A DNA stretch of 64,000 nucleotides from Takakia lepidozioides (Eukaryota > Plantae > Bryophyta): contig CM060731.1 in assembly GCA_030704615.1 (NCBI GenBank), positions 71,176,001 to 71,240,000 on the forward strand, written 5' to 3'. Positions 1-13,851 of this stretch are shown here, one piece after another. Each line of letters starts with the position of its first letter. Within the stretch, counting starts at the first letter, position 1. The position numbers were made by a program, and so were the translations under genes. Below the pieces are notes generated by a model that ran no database searches, had not been told where the DNA came from, and worked only from the letters and a program-made list of their open reading frames with translations.

Positions 1-683
1 GGCATGGCAAGTCATATTGCAGCTTCAAATTTGACCAAATGTAAGCACCCCAAAGCATGCATCGTGCAAGGCCTTCTAAGTATGTAAGAACAACCTGTCA
101 TTGTATATATTTCAGGACCTGTGCACATAGGACTCTTGCTGGCCCAGCCTGCAGTAAATCAGACTCCAAACATGCAACCAAGTGATCACTTTGGGCATGA
201 CAAGACTGACTGCGACTTCATTCTACATGATGTACACTTGCCCCAAGATATACATCATGTAAGGTGTTTGGGCATGGCAGAAAGGCCTGACGTGTCACAG
301 CTTCCAGATCTGGACACACATACACTTTGAGTGCCCAAGACCAAGCCCACTTGGCCAAGATAATCATACAATGCAGGTGGCTGTTCATATGGCAAAATAA
401 AGTAAATAATCACTGGCCAGAGTCATTTAGAGCTTACCGTCATTGTTTCACAGGAGGCTAATGCCATGTTTTGCAAATAGAACCTCACTATGCTCCATTC
501 CACAACAAATCCAGGTCTGAAAACGGCCTGTCATTGCCTTATCAGGCTGTCTTCTTTAACAAAACTCAGGTCTCCTCATCCTTAGAGCCAAACAGCCACT
601 TATGACCTTTCCCTTACACCATCAATCCTCTTTTCAAGCCAAAAAAAAATGAAACCTGGTCTAAAAATCCACAGGCAAAGCTG

Positions 684-1702
684 TGTTAGAGGACTGTAGG
701 GGACTTAGACACCTATACGGGATCTGTAGGGTACCCTTAAATTTTGCACAGACTGAGACCAACAGGAGCCTTAGGGGTGACAGCAGCGCACTGTAGAGGG
801 GGGTTACACAGTCGTCACAGCCCACACAGCCGTCACAGTCCACACAGCCAACACAGCCAACACAGCCCGTCACAGTCGTCACAGTCGTCACAGTCATCAA
901 AGCCAACACAGCCGACACAGTCGACACAGCCAACACAGCCAACACAGCCGACACAGCCCGGCACAGCCACACAGCCAGTCACAGCCCGACACAGCCAAAC
1001 ACAGTCGCACAGCCAGTCACAGCCCGTCACAGTTTCACACAGCCAGTCACAGCTTGACACAGCTGTCACGATCATAGGGAACGAAGAGTAGGATAGGGAA
1101 CGACTGTGGGGAACAACACCTGCGAAGGGAACATGTTAGTTCACAGACGACGGTTAGTGAGGGAAACGGTTAGAACTGCGGATAGGAAGATAAAAGGGAA
1201 AACGGGGAATGAAGGAGGGGATTTTTATCATTCAGAGGAGGACTTCTTAGTCAGGCTGGAGCGGAGATCAGAAGCAAAAGATGGAGAGCACGGTGAAGGA
1301 GGAAAGAGGATTAGTAGATGCTTGTTATATGCAAAGCTGTAGTGATATTGTAGAGCAGATTAGAGACATAATGGCTTCGGCCTGATACCTGATAAATCAT
1401 AATCTGATACTTATACGATACAATCACACTGTGTAGAGAGATCTGAGTGAAGCTGTGGATTGAATGGATGAGTGAAGGAAACCGATAGATTGATGAAGCA
1501 AACTGATACTTAATTATCAATGGTAAGGTAGCTAAGATGAATGCGGAAAGGGAAACAAATAGGAAACACCCCCATGATACACTAGTTGTAGGTCATGACT
1601 GATTGTTCTGCGCGGGCTGAGTACTTAGAGATTTCCAACTCTTCTATCTTGGAGTTTCCGCCTCGGATAGCGAAGGGATGGGTGAGTAAAAGCCGCGCGA
1701 CA
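684..1702 (+). repeat. 5' LTR of Gypsy copy 1
   Basis: Begins TGTTAGAGG and ends GCGCGACA. Near-identical to 11950-12949, 18338-19283 and 29073-29999 (all reverse complement). Confidence 0.95.
808..1066. repeat. CACAGCC/CACAGTCG 9-10 bp minisatellite inside the LTR
   Basis: Tandem acacagcc / cacagtcgt units. Length differs among the four LTR copies. Confidence 0.9.
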
Positions 1703-2289
1703 TTTGGCGACCATACTGGGGACCTGGGACATGAACAACCAGATGTGACAGGCATCTGGTGGGATCATGGTGGTTGGACCATTAAAGAATTTGAAGTGAA
1801 TCAAATTCCCTGTGGAACGAAGGAAGAATGATTGTCCAAACAATTCTTTCAAAGGTTCTTGGAATTGCCAGACGGTTGTAAAGAAAATATTCTTAAACGA
1901 GTGCATGATGCTGATCCAGAATGGGGTCTGGAGAAAGGGTGATAAAGATTTATCAGGTAGCCTGTAGAGGAAGAGCACGTTGGTTACCAACATTGGTTTA
2001 TGTGATAGCATTGCTATCCATTAAACGAGTAGAGTTTGAAGGCTGGGAAGAAAGAAAGGTGAATGTTTATACTCATATGCATGAAGAGCTTGTACTGGTA
2101 AAGAATTGGATTCCAAAGGATATTTTGTGGATCAAACTCACACCAAGAACAGCTTTTCAGACTTGTTTGCCATATGGTTATATGGTAACGGAGACTTCAA
2201 GTATAGCCAAGGGTGCATTGAAGCTTGAAAGAAACCCAGGCATATACGAGAGATATTACAGAAGAGAGTTTTGGTTATTGCCACATTAA
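1595..2289 (+). pseudogene. Extra 5' ORF (ORF0, consensus about 230 aa, unknown function)
   Basis: ORFs 1595-1831 and 1921-2289 join into one frame when compared with copy 2 (28484-29180), whose lesion is at a different position. Confidence 0.55.
1705..1722 (+). promoter_or_regulatory. Primer-binding site, probably tRNA-Arg
   Basis: TGGCGACCATACTGGGGA begins 2 nt after the LTR end. It resembles the TGGCGACTCCACTGGGGA tRNA-Arg PBS of plant Gypsy elements. Confidence 0.8.
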
Positions 2290-2310
2290 AAGAAATGAAA
2301 GACATGGGAC

Positions 2311-5300
2311 ATGAGTGATGAAAGAGAAGCTAGACGACAGAGATATTCAGCAAAAAGAGAAAGCTATCTGAAAGCTAATTATCCATATCTTTGGGAGAGA
2401 GGAATAGACATAGGGGAATCATCTGGACCTCTCACACCATCAAGATCAAAGAGTGCATCACCTATACCGGAAGAACTAGAGTTGGATGCCACTCCTTCTG
2501 TTTCTTTGCAAGAAAGATTAAGGGAATTGGTACAGGAAAAAGATCAATCACGAGGTGAAAGATCTGAGGTACATCCTTGGATAAAAGACTTGACAGAAAT
2601 CTTTGATAAGAGTTGGCATGGAACACCAAAAGCAGGAACTCCAGTTTCTGAAGCAGAAGATGAAGAAGGAGAAGAGGATGTGGCAGAGCCAACGGAGAGT
2701 TCAGACTCTCCAACACCATTACAGTTGAGTTACATGAGTGAAGAAGAAACCCAAGGGCAGAACTTGGAGGATGAAAACAGAGAGAAGAAATTAGAAGAGG
2801 AAGAATATGAAGAAGTAGACCCAACAGCTGAGGTTGAGACTACAACCAGGACATCCCAACCCGTTGGACCTGGATCAAGTGGAGCACTTGGATCACAGGC
2901 CAACGAAGGTGTCGGCTCAGGGGGATCAGGCGGGCTGCCTGGATCTGGCTCTGGGGGGACAGAGAGTGTGGGAAGTAGTGCAACTGAAACTGGGAATACT
3001 GTGAATATCGTGGGACCAGAAGCAAGGAGTGCTCAAGGGCCACCACTTGGTGGAAGATCCACCACAAAAACAACAGGTCCAGAAGGACCAGCACCAGCAA
3101 GGGTGCCAGCACCTGTCAGTGGGCAGAAGGTAGGGCCACAGATGGCGTTACAACCAACACGGGCAAAACCACCCTTTCCAATATATTCAGGAAAAGGGGA
3201 TCCCGATGTACACATTAGCCAATTTGAGCACATGTGTATAGTGAACAATGAGAATGGCGATGATGCCAAGATGAGACTGTTTCCTTGTTCACTTATCAAG
3301 AAAGCAAGTGAATGGTATGCAAGATTCCCTGATAATCATTTCCTAACCTGGAATGGCTTGAATACAGCATTTCGAAATAGGTTCAGGACAAGTAAAACTG
3401 AGGATGAAGTGTATGGAAGTTTACAACAGCTGAAGCAGAAGAAGCATGAAACTGTTGAAGAGTATATGGAGAAGATGGAATTGATGATGAAAAAGCTGGC
3501 TGCAGTACCAGCGCCCGGTTTACAGAAGACTTGGTTTGTGAGTGGATTAAGACCAGAGTTGCAAAAGAAAGTGGATATGTTACCCCATAACACAGTGGAG
3601 GAGGCATTTGAAACTGCGAACAGAATTGAGCAATTGGGAATGCTCAGGAGAGAGAAAAAAGAAGATGAGGACTCTGAGGATGAGTCAGATGAAGAAGAAG
3701 AGCAAGAACTAAAAAGAAATAGTAAGAGAAAGGAGAAGTTGAAGAGGGATAACTATGAAGAAAAATTGGAAGAAATCTTGAAGAAGTATGCCACAGAGGC
3801 TGCAACACATTGGAGGAAGGGTGTATGGTGTGCAAAGTGCCAGAATGAAGGCCATACCACCACAGAATGTCACATGAATGAGAAACACTGTACTATCTGT
3901 AAAATGGATAACCATTCTACTGAGAATTGTTACTACAACAGAAGGACAGCTGCAAGAGAACCTAGGCAAGTAAGGGTGCATCAGGTGCAGCCCCAGCCAA
4001 GAAGAAACAATGATCAGGACCACTATGGTAGGTCTGGTGGTTATAACAATGGCATGGAAGGGAGAGGTAATTCAAGAGGGAATTACCAAGGAAATTCCAG
4101 AGGCAACTATCAGGGTAATCCAAGGGGGAATTACCAGCCCGGGAATCAGGATTATAGAAATAATCCAAGAACAGACCAAGGGCGAGGACCCAATGGTGAA
4201 GAGCTATGTTACTATTGTAATCAGCCAGGACATCGCAAGGCAGCCTGTTCATTCTGGATAAGACACCAGAATGAGATGAGAGCTCTTGTGAATGAGGGCC
4301 CAGTGGTGGCAGCTCACATGGTTAGGCCATGTGTTGTACCAGAAGTAAGTACAATGATAGTAACAAGAAGTAAAGCCAAACTAATACCTCCAGTAGAAGA
4401 GGAAGAAGATGAGACTGGAAGTGGCAATGATATGCCTGAAGATGAAGAGACTTGGAAAGATGAGAAGGAACTGCACAAGGAAGTGGCAGATACTATAAGG
4501 GAAATGCAAAAGAGTACTGATATTCCTGTGGCAGATTCCTCTGATTCGGATGGAGAAAAAGAAGGGAGTGAGGAAGAAAGGAAAAAAGAAGATGCAGACA
4601 TGCAAAGTAATGAAGAGACTTTGGCTGCAGTAATATGTCAGACCAAAGCAGAAATTACCATTGGACAGCTATTAGCTGTGGCACCTTATTGTAGGCACAG
4701 GCTGTATCAGGCAATCAATCGAATTGCCCAAGAGACAGGAAACACAGACCTGAACAGCAAGGTGACCAGTTATAATGTGAAGCCGGAAGGGCGAGAACCA
4801 GTCATGGACTTTGATGATTCTATGCCAGTAATCCAATTGAGAATTGGAAGCACAGAACTAACTGATGTACTGATAGATGGTGGTTCTGGAGTAAATATCA
4901 TGACAGACCAATTAAGGAAGAAGCTTGGTCTAAGTAACATGAAACCAGCCCCATTTACAGTAACAATGGCAGATCAAAGAAGTGTGCAGCCATTGGGATT
5001 AATAAGAGGAGTTAAGATACAGATACAGAAAATGATCTTTATGATCACAGTAACTGTATTAAAAATGGATGAAGTCATGGAGGCTTACTCCTTATTATTG
5101 GGACGTCCGTGGCTGAAACAGGCCAGGGTATTCCATGACTGGAATTCTCAGTTATTAACCGTGCATAATGGGATACACGAGATACAAATTACCACAAAGA
5201 AATCTAGTAGATTACCTGCTACAAGAAGACCTCGAGGAGTCAGAGAGTATGACTGGAGAGGAGGACTGGATGAGGAGCAGGAAGCTACCCTATTTGCTGC

Positions 5301-8300
5301 ATACCCAGAGTGGGAGCAGGTTGCAGAGATGCGGCTGGAAAGCCTAAGTTGTTTGAGAGGTATCTGCTGTGGTGTAGTGACAGCAACACCAACTGAAGAG
5401 GAAACTAGCATTTACCCATCACATTTCTATGAAGAGAGAGAAGGAGAAATAGAAATCCTAGAAGAACCAGCCACTGTGAGCTTACAGGATGAAGTGGTGA
5501 CTGGTTGGACAATCACAGCTGATGAGCAGGTGAGAGAAGTAAATGTGGGAACTCAGGAGGAACCGAGGATGGTGAAAGTAGGAGCTGATTTGGAGCCGGA
5601 ATTCTTCGAAGAAGCTAAAAGCTTGTTCATCAAATACAGAGATGTATTTTCTTGGAGCTATGAGGATCTAAAAGGGATACCACCTGAAGTCTGTCAGCAT
5701 AAGATTGAACTGGAACCAGGGTCAGTACCAATCAAGCAGGCGAGGTATAGAATGAATCCCAACTACGCACAGAAGGTTGGAGAAGAGATAAAGAAGTTGG
5801 CTGAGGCTAAGTTTATATACCCAATAGAGTATACAACTTGGTTGTCACCCATTGTTATAGTTCCCAAGAAGAATGGCAAACTAAGAGTATGTGTGAACTA
5901 TAAGAAGCTGAATGCTTGTACGAAGAAAGATCCTTTCCCTTTGCCATTCACAGAAGCAGTATTAGACACTGTGGCAGGCCATGAGATGTACTCATTCATG
6001 GATGGCTTCAGTGGTTATAATCAAGTGCAAGTGGCAGAAGAGACCAAGGGAAAACAGCTTTCATCACAGACTGGGGGGCTTATGCATACAAAGTCATGCC
6101 CTTTGGACTTTGTAATGCACCAGCGACCTTTCAGAGAGTGATAAGTGAATCTTTTCATGAGTATCTGGATGATTTCATGCAGGTATTCTTGGATGATTTC
6201 AGTGTGTACAGCTCTAAGAGTGAGCACTTGCATAAATTGGAGTTATGTTTGGCCAGATGCAGGATGAGAGGTCTGGGCCTGAATCCAGAGAAGTGTACTT
6301 TCTGTGTGAACTCAGGGGTGCTTCTGGGACACATTGTGTGTAAGAAGGGACTCCTTGTGGATCCCAGGAAGACAGAGTCCATTAAAGCCTCTCCACCCCC
6401 AGTGAATGTTAAAAGTCTACGAAGATTCCTTGGGCAAACCAGTTATTACAGAAGATTTGTCAAAAGGTATGCACAAATAGCAGCACCATTGAGCAAGCTT
6501 CTGAAGAAAGATGCAGTGTTTGCCTGGACAGCTGAATGTCAACAGGCGTTTGAGGAACTTACACTGTCAGTAAACAACTCACCTGTGCTGATTAACCCTC
6601 ACTGGCATGTAGTATTTCATGTTCACTGCGATGCATCAGGAGAAGCGTTGGGTGCGGTGTTAGCCCAGAATGTTACAGGGAATATAGATTCACCTTGTAC
6701 TATGCTAGCCGGTTGATGAATAGTGCTGAGAGGAACTATAGTACAACGGAAAAGAGAGCATTGGCAATGATTTATGCAGTCAAGAAATTCAGGCATTACC
6801 TATTGGGAAGAAAGTTTATGTTTTATGTGGGATCACCAGGCTCTGATATATCTGGTGAACAAACCTTTGATAAGTGGAAGGATAGCGAGGTGGTTAATAA
6901 TCTTGCATGAGTTTTGAGTTCGAGGTTATTTACAAGCCTGGCCGTTTGCATCTTGTGGCAGATCATTTGTCACGACTAACACAGGAGAGGCCGCCACAGG
7001 AGTGACGATCAGTTACCTGATGCGAGTTTATTTGTAATGGAGGTGCAAGGAAGTGCAGATGAATGGTTAGATTGGCAGTGGCCAATCAGATACTACCTTG
7101 CTCATGTCAGTGCCCACCTAGTTATGGTAAGGAGCAGAGGAAGAATTGCTATCAAAGCTTTACCTTTTATATGGTAGGAAGCAGAATGTTAAGTTAGGAC
7201 CTGATGGAGTACTAAACGATGCTTGTACCATGAAGTAAATAAAGTTTTGGAGGAAGTTCATAAAAGGAGTGGCTGGAGTCATTTTGGATAAGAGACTACC
7301 AGTAGAAAGATACTACTCGCAGGATACTGGTGCCTACTTTGTTCAAAGATGTACACGAGTATTGTCAGAAGTGTGATGAATGTCAGAGGCTAGGACCTTT
7401 GCAGAGATCTGGAAGGATGGCCTTGCATCCTACAATGCCCTACGGAACCATTTCAGAAATGGGGACTAGACTTTGTTGGACCAATTAATCCACCATCCAA
7501 GAATACACGAAACAGGTACATAATTACAGCCACTGATTATACTACAAAGTGGGTGGAAGCTAAAGCTTTGAGGGACAACACAGCCAAGTCCACAGCAGGT
7601 TCCTGTACGAGAACATACTTACACGATTTGGATGTCCCTTAGAATTTATCAGTGATCAAGGAAGTCACTTCATGAATGAGACCATTGAGTTGTTGACTAA
7701 AGAGTTTATGATTGTGCATAGGAAAGAGTACAACATATTACCCGCAGGGTAATGGGCAGGCAGAGGCTACCAACAAAATACTATGTACTATCTTGGCTAA
7801 GATAGTCAATGCAAACAGAACGGATTGGGATACAAAGCTGCTGACAGCTTTATGGTCATACAGGACTTCATATAAAGTCACCACTAAGTATACACCATTC
7901 CAATTAGTTTATGGTATGGAAGCCTTACTTCCAGTGGAATTCCTGTTACCTACCATGAGAACGGAGTGGGGAAAAAGAATGGAATTGCAAGACTCCATCA
8001 AGGTCAGGAAACATGAATTATACCATGTGGAAGAAGTACGTGCTGATGCAGCTGATAATATGACAGAATTCAGATGAAGCGAAAGGAACAGTTTGATGAA
8101 GGCAAGTTAAAGACTTTTAAGACGGGGGATTTGGTTCTATGGTTGCAGAAGAAAGGAAAGATTCAAGCTTCTAAGCTTAAATCACCGTGGAAAGGACCTT
8201 ATGTCATACAAAAGATGTATGATAACAACACCGCCATGTTACAAACCATTAACAAAGAAATGCTGGGAAGAGTCAATGCAAATAAGTTGAAGGGGTACAG

Positions 8301-8340
8301 TGGTATCCATGACAAACCCCTGCAGCATGATTTGCATGTT
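2311..8340 (+). pseudogene. gag-pol polyprotein, frameshifted from RT onward
   Basis: Gag FPIYSGKGDPDVHI and three CCHC knuckles (CAKC..H..C, CTIC..H..C, CYYC..H..C). Protease LIDGGS; RT MDGFSGYNQ and VFLDDF; RNase H HCDASG. Integrase GLDFVGP, SDQGSHF, GNGQAE and WKGPY. Confidence 0.95.
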
Positions 8341-8429
8341 GAACCGCAAGAGCAGTCACGGGCTGCCCCAGTGTTACGAACGGAGTATGGAACACTTGTC
8401 GCTAGGCCCAGCATATATGAAGGCCAACA

Positions 8430-8645
8430 ACGTGACACAGCCAACCACAGCCCTCACGACGTGACACAGCCTATCAAGTCACGACGTGCCTATCACAGCC
8501 CAGCAAGCGCAACACAGCCTATCAACACAGCCTATAACAACCTACCACAGCGTGTCACAAGCCTATCACAGCTTACCACAGTGCATCACAGCCTATCACA
8601 GGTAACACAGTATGACACAGCCTGTCACAGCTCAACACAGCCTAC
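8430..8645. repeat. Internal CACAGCC-type minisatellite downstream of integrase
   Basis: acacagcc / atcacagcc units. The counterpart in copy 2 is at about 23550-23830. Confidence 0.8.
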
Positions 8646-9327
8646 TAAAGTTACACCATCCATAGAATCAGTGACAAGTGGACACATAACTTCAGGAAAA
8701 TGGATGACGGAAGAGGAAACGGAAATTACTTTAAAAATAGACACGTGGAGGTCAGGGCGCGACACACAGCAGAATGAAGTGCAAGGACAGGTGTCAAAAA
8801 GAAAGAAGACAAGAACGGCCGTCAAAAGGGATGAAAGGCAGGCCCATTAATGAGTACGGAAAAAGGGAAACGGAACGAACGGCAAGTACAGAAAAGCCGA
8901 ATTCTTGTCACATGTGTGATCCTAGTGGACTATCCAAGAGGGAAAGTCCACTAAAGAAGATAAAATTTAAAATCCAGTCACAGCGGATACAGCCAATAGA
9001 AAACCAGAGAAGGATCAAGAAAATGGAGGGAAATTGAGCGCAAGAGGCGGCGTCGTTCTGAGTAACGGGCGTCTCGACAGGACAGGCCATAAATGCTATA
9101 ACTTGGAAACTATGGAGGAACTAACAGACTATACGCTCGCAATATTACTTACGCAGTGGCATAGACACGAAAGGACAGAGCAGAGCTTTTCTCTTGAGCA
9201 ATGCTTGCAAGCCCCGCAGGCTTACAAGAAATTACCCATAGCTTTCTGCGGCAACCATACGTTTATGCTTTGTGCACTACAGGCATTCCTGCAGTTGTTA
9301 CAGCCAAAGCAGTTCTGTGAGTCTAAA

Positions 9328-11949
9328 ATGAAGAGAGTGAGAGGAATGGAGGAAATCAGGGTGAAGAGCACCACAATTCTGCAGAAACAAACGATGGCTA
9401 CCCCACAGGCGATAAAGATACTGGAGGAGCTGAGATTGCAAGGATTGCAAAGCCTAGATTGGACACTACACCATAGACAGTACATGTTACAATTTTTGCA
9501 GAACTTTGAGCCAAGGACAGGAACAACAACGGTGAAGGGAGTTGAATTAATGATACTCCCCTATACCTCCAGCAATTGTTTCGATTGCCAGCAGGTCAGG
9601 TGCATGTGGAGGAACACAGGGCAAGACTGCAAATAGGGGACTTATTCCAAGAAGGGAGTTTCTTTAAAACTCAGGGTTATGCTTGTACCAAAGCTGTGTA
9701 CCCAGGGTTAAAAGATAGGCAGGTATTGAACGTTCTGATTGCCCTGAAACAGAACCAACAATATTTGAGCAGATCCTTCACAGAGGAAATACTCAAAGGC
9801 CTGAAGGGACAAGAGGTACAATGGGCGGACATAATGTACAACGCACTAGTAGAGGAGATGAAAAGATTACAAGGTACTACCGCAAAGTCTCCTATCATAG
9901 TGTCTGGCCCAATCATTGCTCAAATAATCCTTAATTCTGGCATACTTAATGCACAAGAAAGGAAGGAAATGGGAGTGTTTGAGCCAGAAACAACTGCAAT
10001 GGAAGAGCAAGGCTCTTCACACAGTGAGGGTGGACTAGCAGCACAACAGGGGAAAGACTGTAGTGGCGGATCCACTGGCTTCACGGATTCCGCATGATAA
10101 TGTTTCCCAAGCTCATGGCCAGGAAGGGGCACAGCAGCACAGACAAATGCTATTACTGGAAGCAGGACCTTCAGAGAGGGAGGAGAAGTTACTTCTGCAT
10201 CACAACCATCACAGCCACTTGAACGACTTGTCACAAGGTCACAAGTTATCCATGCAGCTCAACCCGAAATAATTGATTTGGAAAGTGAAGGGATAGATAT
10301 TCCAACTACAGAACAGATAGTGGCAGAAATAGAGAAAGGGGACCTTCTCTATGAATATTCTGGTCTGGTCAAGGAGACAGAAATCCCAGAGGTGCAACAG
10401 TTGCCCAAGGGAAATCCTGAGGTGCATATAATACACACACCTGTGTCGGAGGTACCACAGGCGGAAGGTCATGACACTTTAGCACCGGTGATAGATGAAG
10501 TAGTTCAGGAAGAAAATCCGGTGGGACAATGGCCTGAATGGTTAGTGAGACATCATACTGTTGAAGATCAGGAGGAACAGCAGCAACCTCACCATGATGA
10601 CCCTCAACAGGCAATGCTGATGAGTTCCATAGGCAGGACACTTAATTTGTTGGGGACTTATGTCAAATCCCATGTTCCAATTACCCAATTGACAGCCTTG
10701 AAGAGGAACTCAGAAGGAGTTTGAGGCTCGACTTGCCACTGAGTGTGCAAACAAGGTCGATGAAGAGGTCACTCTCAAGATGAAGCAGGACTGGGCAATA
10801 CAGAAATGGCTTTGCAATTGGCCAAGCAACAATTGATTGAGGCAGGCCTCGCGCAAGACCAGTTGCACGAAGCACATAAGCAACAGCTATACCAAATGCA
10901 GGTGCAGCATGAAAGCAAGTTGCAAGAACTGAATGCACTACATACGGAGTTGCAGACAGTGCATAACAGGATGGCGATACAATGTGCTACATTTACAACT
11001 ATGCTTGACCAATCAACAAAAGAAATAAACAGTCAAGCGGAAAAATGTACGAAGGCAGAAGAAGAGAATGTTGAGCAAATGAAGCTCATTGTCGATATGA
11101 AGAATACAATCTGTTGCAATGAAGATACTTTCAAGCAATACAGGCAGATGGAAGCTGATCAAGAGAAACACATCGTGGAGTTGCAACAAACCATGGCCAA
11201 TAGAAATGAAATCGCGGTCAGTAAACAAGGCTTGGAAGGAAGCCAATAATCTACTTGCTGCTTATGCGCAATTGGTTGAGCCACAGGCGAAGCGCATGGA
11301 GGCTTTACAACAGCAGTTGGAATTGTACAAGCTAAGAGAGGAGCAAACTCTCAGGGGAACCACAAGCAGCTTGGTGGATAACAGCCTTATGCAGGTTCTG
11401 GTTAGCACAAGGGCCAGTAGAGGGCAAAGCCCCACGGAAGCTCACCCAAAGCAAGATGAATGAGCTCAGGCTACAGGTGCAGAACATTGCCACAACTACT
11501 ATAGACAATGTCTATAGTAGGATAGCAGAGTTACAAGAGGATGTAGACGGACTCCAGACTCAAGTGGAAGACCTCACTTCAAACATCGACCAAAGAGTCT
11601 ATATCCCTCAGGAACAGCTAATGGCTTCTTATTTACAAGCCAGAACTTTGGCTTTTCAGTCTTCACAGGAGGTGCAGGAGATGCCAATGATACAGGAGCC
11701 AGTACCACCACCAGCTGAACCTGTGGTTACTACAACCACACCACAGCCACCACAGCCGGAGGTATGGGGCAATGCCGCTTTTAACCCACCTAAAACTCCA
11801 GCTGCAAGGGAGTACAGCAGGGCTATGCTTATGCCCTTCAACCAAATTCCCATCATGTTGGATTTGGCTTGGAAAGAATTTAGTCCTCCGCAGTCATTCG
11901 CACATTACTACCAAATCATGCGTATTTGGCTGCCAGTGGCAACTAGGAC
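9328..11949 (+). pseudogene. Extra 3' ORF of copy 1, N-terminal part (plant-transposon/env-like ORF with coiled coil)
   Basis: Chain of frameshifted ORFs. Motifs YMLQFLQNF..TTTVKGVELMI...FRLP and VQWADIMY...GPIIAQII, followed by Q/E-rich heptads. Colinear with 19321-22830 in copy 2. Confidence 0.7.
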
Positions 11950-12949
11950 GGCTTTTACTCACCCATCCCTTCGCTATCCGAGGCGGAAACTCCAAGATAG
12001 AAGAGTTGGAAATCTCTAAGTACTCAGCCCGCGCAGAACAATCAGTCATGACCTACAACTAGTGTATCATGGGGGTGTTTCCTATTTGTTTCCCTTTCCG
12101 CATTCATCTTAGCTACCTTACCATTGATAATTAAGTATCAGTTTGCTTCATCAATCTATCGGTTTCCTTCACTCATCCATTCAATCCACAGCTTCACTCA
12201 GATCTCTCTACACAGTGTGATTGTATCGTATAAGTATCAGATTATGATTTATCAGGTATCAGGCCGAAGCCATTATGTCTCTAATCTGCTCTACAATATC
12301 ACTACAGCTTTGCATATAACAAGCATCTACTAATCCTCTTTCCTCCTTCACCATGCTCTCCATCTTTTGCTTCCGATCTCCGCTCCAGCTTGACTAAGAA
12401 GTCCTCCTCTGAATGATAAAATCCCCTCCTTCATTCCCTGTTTCCCTTTTATCTTCCTATCCGCAGTTCTAACCGTTTCCCTCACTAACCGTCGTCTGTG
12501 AACTAACATGTTCCCTTCGCAGGTGTTGTTCCCCACAGTCGTTCCCTGTCCTACTTTCGTTCCCTATGATCCTGACAGCTGTGTCAAGCTGTGACTGGCT
12601 GTGTGAAAATGTGACGGGCTGTGACTGGCTGTGCGACTGTGTTTGGCTGTGTCGGGCTGTGACTGGCTGTGTGGCTGTGCCGGGCTGTGCCGGCTGTGTT
12701 GGCTGTGTTGGCTGTGACGACTGTGACGGGCTGTGTTGGCTGTGACGACTGTGACGACTGTGACGGGCTGTGTTGGCTGTGTTGGCTGTGTGGACTGTGA
12801 CGGCTGTGTGGGCTGTGACGACTGTGTAACCCCCCTCTACAGTGCGCTGCTGTCACCCCTAAGGCTCCTGTTGGTCTCAGTCTGTGCAAAATTTAAGGGT
12901 ACCCTACAGATCCCGTATAAGTGTCTAAGTCCCCTACAGTCCTCTAACA
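11950..12949 (-). repeat. 3' LTR of copy 1, inverted, missing about 7 terminal bp
   Basis: Reverse complement of 684-1694. On the minus strand it is preceded by the PPT GAGGGGGGAAGGGG (12953-12966). Confidence 0.95.
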
Positions 12950-12987
12950 TTACCCCTTCCCCCCTCAAAAAGCCGTGTCCTCACGGT

Positions 12988-13851
12988 TTACTGTTTCCGA
13001 GTAGCAAACCTTTGTGAGTGAGCACCTTGTTGACGTTGAGAGTTTCGTGGCGGACTGTGTGTACGAGCCCGAGGTCTGTCTCTGGTTGACGGAGATGGTT
13101 GATCACTACCTGGATAATTGAGGCCCTCTGGAGGCTGATATCGAGGTAACCTTTCCGGCATATGAGACCCCCGTCGCTTCTTTTCTGCCATCTGAATTAC
13201 ATAGTCTTCTCCCATGTCAAAAGAATTCTGTGAAGAAACAGTTGTATCAGAATCCTCATCACCTCTCAGATGTTTTAATTTTCGAACCTTTTGTGGAATC
13301 ATCTGGGGCATACAATGCTGTCCTACCATGTCTGGAAGTTTGCATTTTACAACTTGGTGTAATCGCTGAACAGCAAAATTGGTGTAGACACTGAGCTCCT
13401 TGTCTGTCCAGGTGAGTGGGGTACCAATTACTGGTGCAGCGTGCAAGTACTTCCATGCCACATGTCCCTTATAGAAAATGTCATCAAGTCCGAATTTCTG
13501 TGTTGACAAATGGTTGCAAGCTGCTTGAAACCATGAACGAATTTGAGAATCCTTTTGCATCATAACTTTTGGGTCATATAGGTACATATGAGGTGGCACC
13601 GAAGGTAATACCCAATGATCTCCACTGGAATAACTTTGAAAGCGTGTTTGCATCTTTTGTTGCTCAATGTGGTAACGTACCAGAAAACAAGCAGCGTAGT
13701 ATAGCCCGCACCCCATGACAATACTTGCTATCTCCTTGGTCTTGGTATAAATGAGTCCATGTACAACCTGGAAAGCAACCAATTCCCTCAACATGGTACC
13801 TGCCTCGTGCCAGTATTGTGCAAAGTGATGATCTTCAATATGTCGATTGTT
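12988..13851 (-). pseudogene. Extra 3' ORF of copy 1, C-terminal part (inside the inverted segment)
   Basis: 268-aa ORF that matches 19321-20181 of copy 2 and ends just before the PPT. Confidence 0.8.

Larger units (their letters stand above)
684..13851 (+). mobile_element. Ty3/Gypsy LTR retrotransposon, copy 1 (no chromodomain seen; 3' end 11950-13851 inverted)
   Basis: TG...CA LTR at 684-1702 followed by a PBS. Domain order gag-PR-RT-RH-INT, then an extra 3' ORF. The second LTR and the PPT lie on the minus strand. Confidence 0.95.

Noticed and set aside
1-683. Possible host exon upstream of Gypsy copy 1
   Set aside because: No convincing ORF or motif on either strand.
661-1091. Cys/Val- and Ser/Gln/Thr-rich ORFs in the LTRs
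   Set aside because: They are translations of the CACAGCC minisatellite.
684-12949. DIRS-like element with inverted terminal repeats
   Set aside because: It encodes a DDE integrase, PBS and PPT, with no tyrosine recombinase. Copy 2 has normal direct LTRs, so the inversion is secondary.
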